From an uncultured Bacilli bacterium (GTDB taxonomy: Bacteria; Bacillota_I; Bacilli_A; RFN20; CAG-826), in assembly GCA_944368945.1 (NCBI GenBank), contig CALVXH010000001.1, positions 1 to 53,913 of the forward strand: a stretch of 53,913 nucleotides of DNA, written 5' to 3'. Both the position numbers and the translations under genes were made by a program. A model generated the notes under the pieces. It saw only the letters and a list, made by a program, of their open reading frames with translations, did no database searches and had not been told where the DNA came from. Shown one piece after another: positions 39,043 through 45,549 of this stretch. Numbering within the stretch: position 1 is the first letter of the stretch; each line of letters opens with the position of its first letter.

Positions 39043-39568
39043 TGAAAAATCCAATAAAAAAATATTAAAAGTAACTAGTGATGAAAAGAAAAATCTAGTG
39101 AAGAAATACAAAAATATTGTATTTTTAGAAAATGTTATAGGAACACCTTATTTATGTTATAAGATTATTAAATCAAATATTATTAAAGAAGATACAATCA
39201 TATGTTTTGGTAAAATAAAATTTAATAATAGTAATGATGGTAAATACTCTAAAAAGTATAATAATATATTTGTTCTTATAACATTAGAAAAACTTAAAAA
39301 AATTTATAATAAGTTTTTAGAAATATATGGTGATGAATATATTAAAGATTATTTAAACATTATCAAAATATTAAATTATACCTATGCAATACAATATGAT
39401 GAAATAAGAAATGAAGTTACTTTTTTGTCCAGTATTTTATTAAGAAAATATAAGTCTTCATTTATAATTAGTGAAAACAATGATGTAATATTTTTAGATG
39501 ATATTTCTAAGATTATGTATATCCACGAGACAAGTAATTTTAATTTAGAAAGATTTGCCATAGCATAA
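39014..39568 (+). CDS. Unknown 184-aa Lys/Asn/Ile-rich protein, translationally coupled to tnpB
   Basis: Stop-free 184-codon frame in very AT-rich DNA. A GAGGGTG SD (39001-39007) lies 6 nt before ATG 39014. Overlaps the 3' end of tnpB by 29 nt. Confidence 0.6.
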   Translation: MNYKIKLKSNEKSNKKILKVTSDEKKNLVKKYKNIVFLENVIGTPYLCYKIIKSNIIKEDTIICFGKIKFNNSNDGKYSKKYNNIFVLITLEKLKKIYNKFLEIYGDEYIKDYLNIIKILNYTYAIQYDEIRNEVTFLSSILLRKYKSSFIISENNDVIFLDDISKIMYIHETSNFNLERFAIA

Positions 39569-39570
39569 TA

Positions 39571-40236
39571 ATGAATAATTTTTATATTGATGAAAGTGGG
39601 AGTATGACAAAAAAGTATGCAGAAGCTTTTCCTTTTTTCGTTATTTGTTTAATCAAAGTTTTTGAACCAGGTAAACTAAAACATCTATATAAAAAATTAT
39701 TTTTAAAGAAAGGAAGTTTATTTTTCACAGGGAGTGATAAAAGAATTGAACTTAAAGGATCGAAGTTAAAATATGATGATAAAAAGTATCTAGCGAAATA
39801 TTTTAATAGACCAGGTTTATTTGAAGTTTATTATATAAAAGTAGTGAACAAAAATTTGGATCAATCAGAAATTTATAATAATAAAGCACGCGCTTTTAAT
39901 TATTTAATTGCCAAAGACTTGGAACATTTATTTAATAAAAAGCTCATAAACTATGGAAAATACTATCTGTATATAGATAACAGAAATGTTAAGAATGAGT
40001 CAAAAAACTCATTAGAAGATTACTTAAATATTAAATTTGCAGTTGAAAGAACTTTTTTAGAAAGCGTTGAGGCAAAATATTTTGACTCAAAAAATGTTAA
40101 GTTTATACAACTAGCCGATTTCTTTTCTAATTTATTTTACTCGGATTTAATGACTCAAAATTTTGAAAATGAGATGATTGAATTCGTTAAAAATAAAATT
40201 ATACGCGATATTTTTATTTTTCCTATAAAATATTGA
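39571..40236 (+). CDS. DUF3800-like protein
   Basis: N-terminal FYIDESGSM and C-terminal FIQLADFFSN motifs match my recollection of the DUF3800 signature. It starts 2 nt after the upstream stop. Confidence 0.65.
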   Translation: MNNFYIDESGSMTKKYAEAFPFFVICLIKVFEPGKLKHLYKKLFLKKGSLFFTGSDKRIELKGSKLKYDDKKYLAKYFNRPGLFEVYYIKVVNKNLDQSEIYNNKARAFNYLIAKDLEHLFNKKLINYGKYYLYIDNRNVKNESKNSLEDYLNIKFAVERTFLESVEAKYFDSKNVKFIQLADFFSNLFYSDLMTQNFENEMIEFVKNKIIRDIFIFPIKY

Positions 40237-40249
40237 ATATACAAATGTA

Positions 40250-40278
40250 TTGACGTAATTTAGGGAAACTATTAATAT
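40250..40278 (+). promoter_or_regulatory. Near-consensus orphan sigma-70 promoter
   Basis: TTGACG (40250-40255), exactly 17-nt spacer, TAATAT (40273-40278). No protein-coding ORF lies downstream. Confidence 0.6.
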
Positions 40279-40284
40279 AAGTCA

Positions 40285-40398
40285 TAAAGAGTAAGTCTTA
40301 ATATATTCTATTTTCAAGGTAAGCTATGTTTTTTCGTAGCAGTATGTTAAGCCATTTATGTTAAACTGCCAACGATATTACTTCTGAGGCAGTTTTTT
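40285..40398 (+). ncRNA. Candidate small RNA of about 115 nt (possible guide/omega-like or regulatory RNA of the adjacent cassette)
   Basis: Bounded by the promoter above and the hairpin ctgcc/ggcag plus T6 (40366-40398). Internal hairpin gctatg-tttttt-cgtagc (40323-40340). The octamer tatgttaa is repeated (40343-40350 / 40356-40363). Confidence 0.4.
40366..40398 (+). terminator. Putative intrinsic terminator
   Basis: 5-bp GC-rich stem ctgcc/ggcag (40366-40370 / 40388-40392), a large 17-nt loop, then T6 (40393-40398). Confidence 0.45.
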
Positions 40399-40493
40399 CA
40401 TTTAAAAAACTTTAATTTATCTAACTAAATTATATCGTTAGAAAAATTTTTAGATTTTTTTCTAAAATTTTTCTAAATACATACTTTGAAAAA

Positions 40494-40525
40494 TAAAAAA
40501 AGCCGATTAAATCGGCGCTTTTTTA
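40494..40525. terminator. Bidirectional rho-independent terminator (serves tRNA-Thr on the minus strand)
   Basis: Stem gccgat/atcggc (40502-40507 / 40511-40516) with an A-run upstream and T6 downstream. Confidence 0.75.
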
Positions 40526-40529
40526 AATC

Positions 40530-40603
40530 TGGTGCCTCTTCGCAGAATCGAACTACGAATAGATCCTTACCATGGATCCGTTATGCCATTTAACTAAAGA
40601 GGC
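40530..40603 (-). tRNA. tRNA-Thr: tRNA-Thr (anticodon GGU), CCA encoded
   Basis: Hand-folded cloverleaf. Acceptor GCCTCTT/AAGAGGC, D stem GTTA/TAAC, anticodon stem GATCC/GGATC with loop AT-GGT-AA, T arm CGTAG-TTCGATT-CTGCG, 3' ACCA. Confidence 0.9.
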
Positions 40604-40819
40604 TTGATAGCCTATTTAGTATAGCATAACGGAGCCATTACACAAAACAATTATTTTTATTTCTTTGCAGCCTTAATAAAATGAGACCTTATATTTTAAG
40701 GAATATATGCGTATTTCTAATAAAAATAGATAAAAGACTCGTTTATAATAACAGAAATTACTAATAAACGGATTATGTGCATATTTGAGTTTTGCATAAT
40801 AAATTAATATAATATTTTT

Positions 40820-41740
40820 ATGTCAACCAATGATTTTAAGGGAATAATTGAAGTTAATAACTTTACTAAAGATTATGGAAGTAATCGAGGTGTTTTTGAT
40901 GTAAGTTTTGCAATTAAAAAAGGTCAATTCTTCGGCTTTTTAGGTCCTAACGGGGCTGGAAAGTCAACAACGATAAGACATCTAATGGGATTCTCTAAAC
41001 CTGATAAGGGGAACTTAAAAATAAATGGACTAAATACATTTAAGTATCATTCACAATTAATGAAAGATGTAGGGTATTTACCAGGGGAGATAAATTTGCC
41101 AACTTTTTTGAATGGAAAAGAATTTTTAAATGAAATAATAAAATTTAGAAAGAATATAGATTATGATTATTTAAATTATTTATTAAAACTATTTCCGCTG
41201 GATTTAAATGAGGAGATAAAATATATGTCTTTTGGCGATAAAAGAAAACTTGCCATAATAGTAGCTTTTATGCATAACCCAAGTATTTTAATACTCGATG
41301 AACCAACAAGTGGATTAGATGCTATTAGTCAAGATATTTTTTTAAACTTTCTGATTAGTGAGAAGGACAAAGGCAAAACAATTCTTTTATCAAGTCACAT
41401 TTTAAGAGAAGCTGAGAAAACTTGCGATTATATAGCCATAATAAAGGATGGAAAAATTGTATCTCAGTTTGATAAAAGTTTGTTTAATATAGAAAATAAA
41501 AATAGCTTCAAAATTTATTTTAATACAACTTTTGATGCTGATTGTTTTTTAGAAAATATTGGCAAAAATATTAAGATAACAAACATTTGTAAAGATGATT
41601 TTTCTGTTTCAGTTAAAGTTCGCGACGACTCATTAAGTGACTTATTTTTTGTTTTATCAGATGATCGTTTTCAATTTAATAGAATAGAACAAGAGGGAGA
41701 AAGTTTAGAAAATTTTTTCCTATCATTCTATAAAAGATAA
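40820..41740 (+). CDS. ABC transporter ATP-binding protein
   Basis: GPNGAGKST Walker A, MSFGDKRKL signature-like, ILILDEPTSGLD Walker B. Confidence 0.9.
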   Translation: MSTNDFKGIIEVNNFTKDYGSNRGVFDVSFAIKKGQFFGFLGPNGAGKSTTIRHLMGFSKPDKGNLKINGLNTFKYHSQLMKDVGYLPGEINLPTFLNGKEFLNEIIKFRKNIDYDYLNYLLKLFPLDLNEEIKYMSFGDKRKLAIIVAFMHNPSILILDEPTSGLDAISQDIFLNFLISEKDKGKTILLSSHILREAEKTCDYIAIIKDGKIVSQFDKSLFNIENKNSFKIYFNTTFDADCFLENIGKNIKITNICKDDFSVSVKVRDDSLSDLFFVLSDDRFQFNRIEQEGESLENFFLSFYKR

Positions 41741-41759
41741 ATATAGGGAGTAGCGTACT

Positions 41760-42653
41760 ATGTATGAATTGCCTCTTTTATCAATTAAAAAGGTAACAAA
41801 AAAGTTTGGAAATTATGTTGCGCTTTCTGACATAAACTTTGATGTATATAGTAATGAAACTTTGGCTTTAATAGGTGAAAGTGGAGCTGGTAAGAGCACA
41901 TTATTAAGAATAATAATGGGCTTTATTTCACCATCATTAGGAGAAATATATATTAATGGGCAAAGCGCTTTTTCTAATCAAAAAATAATACACAAAACAA
42001 TTAGTTATTTGCCTAGTGAATTTACTCTTTTTGATTTTCCAAAAGGGTCTGATTTTATAAATCTATGTGCAAAATTAAACAATTCTTCAAATAAAAATGC
42101 TTTATCATTAATAAAAGACTTTGATTTAGATGTTAATGCTAACCCTAAAAGAATGAGTAAGGGAATGAAACAAAAAACGGCTATTATTTCCACATTTATG
42201 AATGATAAAGATGTATATTTATTAGATGAGCCATCGACAGGATTAGATCCTTTGATGCGCGAAAAATTATATAATCAAATTCTAAAGTTAAAAGACAATA
42301 GTAAAACGATAATTTTTACAACAAATAGCTATGATGAAGCTATGAGGTTAGCAGATAAAGTTTTAATAATTTCAAATGGAAAAATACTTAAAACTATTAA
42401 TATAAATGACATAAAAAAATTAAGAATCCATACTTTTAAAATTAAAGTAGATGAAAAGAATAAAGAGAAATTAAAAAACTATATTTATGATGAAGATGAT
42501 GAGTTTATTTATGCATTGATTGAAGCTTCGCACTTGAAGACTTTTTTTAAACTTTTATCAAATATAGAGATATTAAGTTTTGAAACTTTACAATTTAATT
42601 TAGAAAATTACGTGCTGCATCTGTTAAAAGGAGATAAAAATGAAAAGAAGTAA
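41760..42653 (+). CDS. ABC transporter ATP-binding protein (second ATPase)
   Basis: GESGAGKST Walker A, MSKGMKQK signature-like, VYLLDEPSTGLD Walker B. Confidence 0.9.
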   Translation: MYELPLLSIKKVTKKFGNYVALSDINFDVYSNETLALIGESGAGKSTLLRIIMGFISPSLGEIYINGQSAFSNQKIIHKTISYLPSEFTLFDFPKGSDFINLCAKLNNSSNKNALSLIKDFDLDVNANPKRMSKGMKQKTAIISTFMNDKDVYLLDEPSTGLDPLMREKLYNQILKLKDNSKTIIFTTNSYDEAMRLADKVLIISNGKILKTININDIKKLRIHTFKIKVDEKNKEKLKNYIYDEDDEFIYALIEASHLKTFFKLLSNIEILSFETLQFNLENYVLHLLKGDKNEKK

Positions 42654-44895
42654 AAGATTTTTTAGTTGGTCAATTTTTTTGGCCTCTTTTAAAAGTAATT
42701 ATATTAGCTATTTAGTAGTTACTTTTGGAAATGCATTAATTTTATTTATTCTTGTTTTAATTTTATCTAGCTTAACTATAAATGCTACAAGGCAATCCAT
42801 GAGTAACTTATTTAACTCTGCAAATATGGAAAGGCAAATGAAAGAAGGAGCGGTTTCATTATATCTTTCTTATGATGAAGGCATTCAATTATATAATGAT
42901 GAAATGCCTTTATTAGGTGAATATAGCCCATTATTATATGAAAGTTTCGTGACAATAATGGAGTTAAATACTGGAGAATATGATTTAGCACTTAACACAA
43001 TAAAAATAACTTATGATGGGTTATATTCTTCACCTTTAAATAATGGTGAAACTATAGAAGAAAAACATGCATACGCTATTAGTGAAACAATTAATCTAGT
43101 TAATACATTTATTCCTCTTTTTAATCTTGATGATTCAATTAATGATTTTTTGCCATATTTTATTAGCGACTTTTTAGATCAATATTCTTTAAATAGTGAA
43201 ATGAGCAATAAAAAATTAATTAAAGGGTCTATAAAAAATTCTATTGATGATTATTTAAAAAATAAATTCGATTTTAAAAATGAAAATATTGGATTAATTA
43301 ATGAATCTATAGATAAATTATTAGTCGTAGAAAATAAAGATGAATTTAGTGCAGTTGCTTTAAATGAGGTTGATGTAGTTGTTGATACGTTAGGAAATAA
43401 TGTAGTCAATTATTTTACTATTGATATTCCAACTAATATTATTATTGAAGCATATCTTTCTAATAAAGATGCTTATCAAGAAAATACGATTCTTGATGGA
43501 AATATAGGTTATAAGGATAATGTTTATATAGAAGTGATTGCTACTTTAATGGGTACTTTGTTTGAGGAAAACTATTATTTAGAAGCCTTGCCAGAATTTA
43601 CAGTTAATTATTTAACAAATGAAAGAGGTATTCCTTATTATGTTAAGGATGGAAAAGAAGTTTTAGTATTAAATATAAGTGATAGAGATAAACTAGTTAA
43701 AGTTAAAGAAGGAATGGGCAAAAAAGCAAATTTATTAGAAAAACAATATAAAGAAATATTAACTGGTGAGCCTTATTCTGAAAGCGAGATTAACATTGCA
43801 AAAGTTGAATCTAAAGAATTTTATGATATTGGTTATAAGTTTGTTTATGATTTTTTAAAAGAATATATAAATAATAAATCACTTTATTATAATGAAGAAA
43901 CAAACGTGATAAACGATGATGCAGTTATTAAAAAAGTGGCAAATGATTTAAAAATCTATGCAGAACCAATTATAAATAATCTTTTTGGTGTAAATTCAAT
44001 TGATGAATTAACAGAAGATAAGTATGGTATTGATGGTAAAGAAATTTTATCAAAAGTATATGATTATGCTTTTAGTTCTATTTCGGTTTATAAGACTGAG
44101 TATGATATTTGCAAAGTTGATAAAGGGTATGATGAAAAAACTAGTATTTTAGTTTCACTAGTAAAGGCAAGTGATACATTAGTTGATCAAATACCTGACG
44201 ATATTTATATAAAACTATATGATCTCTCATCTAGAAATTTATATGGCTTAGTAATTGGAAGTATGTTCTTCTCAATGGCTGGATTATTGTTACCAATGGT
44301 TTATTCGATTTTAACAAGTAATTCCTTAGTTGCAAGTGAAGTAGAAAATGGCTCTTTAGCTTTTACATTGTCTAGTCCTTTAAGTAGAACAAGCATTATT
44401 TTAACAAAGGCCATTTATCAAATTGTTTCAATAACAACAATGTTTATTGTTTTGTTAATTTTTGGCTTAATAGCTAGAGAGTTAGCAATTTTAATTGGTG
44501 GCGATGATTTTATTAGTAGTTTTTCTGTTCTGGACCTTACTTTATATTCATTAGGAGCATATCTAGTCATTTTAGCGATTAGTGGAATTTGTTTTTTATG
44601 TAGTACAGTATTTAATAAAACAAAATATTCATTAGGAGTAGGCGGTGGAATATCAATATTTTTCCTAGTAACTTCTATTTTAGGATTATTTGGTTTAGAT
44701 GTTATGCCATTAGCTTTAAGAATTGATACAATGAATATTTTTAATTACCTTACAATTATACGTTTATTCGACGTACAGGCGATTATGGATGGAAATGTTA
44801 TTTTTTATTATAAAATTATTGGCTTAATATTAATTGCCTTTGTAACATATTCTTCATCAATAGTTATATTTAATAAAAAAGATTTACCTTTATAG
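42640..44895 (+). CDS. ABC transporter permease with about 500-aa extracytoplasmic domain
   Basis: 751 aa: one N-terminal TM helix, a large soluble region, then about 5 C-terminal TM helices (ABC-2-like). Overlaps the upstream ATPase gene by 14 nt. Confidence 0.75.
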   Translation: MKRSKRFFSWSIFLASFKSNYISYLVVTFGNALILFILVLILSSLTINATRQSMSNLFNSANMERQMKEGAVSLYLSYDEGIQLYNDEMPLLGEYSPLLYESFVTIMELNTGEYDLALNTIKITYDGLYSSPLNNGETIEEKHAYAISETINLVNTFIPLFNLDDSINDFLPYFISDFLDQYSLNSEMSNKKLIKGSIKNSIDDYLKNKFDFKNENIGLINESIDKLLVVENKDEFSAVALNEVDVVVDTLGNNVVNYFTIDIPTNIIIEAYLSNKDAYQENTILDGNIGYKDNVYIEVIATLMGTLFEENYYLEALPEFTVNYLTNERGIPYYVKDGKEVLVLNISDRDKLVKVKEGMGKKANLLEKQYKEILTGEPYSESEINIAKVESKEFYDIGYKFVYDFLKEYINNKSLYYNEETNVINDDAVIKKVANDLKIYAEPIINNLFGVNSIDELTEDKYGIDGKEILSKVYDYAFSSISVYKTEYDICKVDKGYDEKTSILVSLVKASDTLVDQIPDDIYIKLYDLSSRNLYGLVIGSMFFSMAGLLLPMVYSILTSNSLVASEVENGSLAFTLSSPLSRTSIILTKAIYQIVSITTMFIVLLIFGLIARELAILIGGDDFISSFSVLDLTLYSLGAYLVILAISGICFLCSTVFNKTKYSLGVGGGISIFFLVTSILGLFGLDVMPLALRIDTMNIFNYLTIIRLFDVQAIMDGNVIFYYKIIGLILIAFVTYSSSIVIFNKKDLPL

Positions 44896-44945
44896 TGAAA
44901 TAACTTTTTAAATATTTTAAAATAAAAAAGATATGGGAGATAAAT

Positions 44946-45332
44946 ATGAAAATAGCATTAATTGCGCACGATAAAAAGAAACCAGAAATGATTGCTCTTG
45001 CAGTAAAATATAAAGATTGTTTAGAAAAAAATGAATTATACGCAACAGGAACTACAGGAAAATTAGTTGGACAAGCGACAGGATTAAATATTAAATGTTT
45101 AAAAAGTGGCCCACTTGGTGGAGATCAGCAAATTGGTTCTATGATTGCTGATAGCGATTTAGATTTAGTTATTTTTCTTAGGGACCCATTAACAGCTCAA
45201 CCACACGAACCTGATGTTAATGCTTTACTAAGACTTTGTGATGTTACTCAAACACCACTTGCAACTAATTTAAAAAGTGCTGAAATAATGCTTAGTGCAC
45301 TGAGAAATAATGAAATAGAAGTAAAAAAATAG
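44946..45332 (+). CDS. mgsA: Methylglyoxal synthase
   Basis: [12 protein letters not shown]...ATGTTG...[10 protein letters not shown]...[11 protein letters not shown]. Confidence 0.93.
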   Translation: MKIALIAHDKKKPEMIALAVKYKDCLEKNELYATGTTGKLVGQATGLNIKCLKSGPLGGDQQIGSMIADSDLDLVIFLRDPLTAQPHEPDVNALLRLCDVTQTPLATNLKSAEIMLSALRNNEIEVKK

Positions 45333-45371
45333 TATAAAAAGTGTTTTAAATTTAGATAGTTTTGCACCTCC

Positions 45372-45401
45372 TTGATATGGCTATTATCGCCTCACTATAA
45401 T
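45372..45401 (+). promoter_or_regulatory. Sigma-70 promoter upstream of the giant helicase operon
   Basis: TTGATA (45372-45377), 18-nt spacer, TATAAT (45396-45401), about 150 nt upstream of ATG 45550. Confidence 0.6.
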
Positions 45402-45549
45402 AAGCTAAATATTATTAACCGTTTTCAAAATTATTAAAAATTTGAAACACTTTTTTAATTATAAAAATACATTAAAATTACAAGTTTTTTAAAGAATTAA
45501 TATTAACATAATGATAAAATAATAAGTATGTAAATAGGAGATTGATAAT

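Noticed and set aside
40326-40364. 12-codon ORF MFFRSSMLSHLC inside the sRNA candidate.
   Set aside because: It is too short and not hydrophobic enough for a type I toxin. It has only a weak AAGGT SD. I keep it as a possibility but do not call it as a CDS.
40400-40500. Short tandem repeats (tttttctaaa x2; tagaaaaatttttaga palindrome), checked as a possible CRISPR or mini-array next to the TnpB homologue.
   Set aside because: The units are about 10 nt, A/T-only and lack spacers. No repeat-spacer periodicity of 25-40 nt occurs anywhere in the window. There is no CRISPR array, so the protein is called TnpB-like rather than Cas12.
40604-40819. Imperfect inverted repeat ttatgtgca...tgcataataa upstream of the ABC operon, and a possible tRNA-Thr promoter (TATACT on the minus strand at 40618-40623).
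   Set aside because: The repeat is short and imperfect in AT-rich DNA, and the -35 partner for the tRNA promoter is poor. The evidence is not strong enough to list either as a feature.
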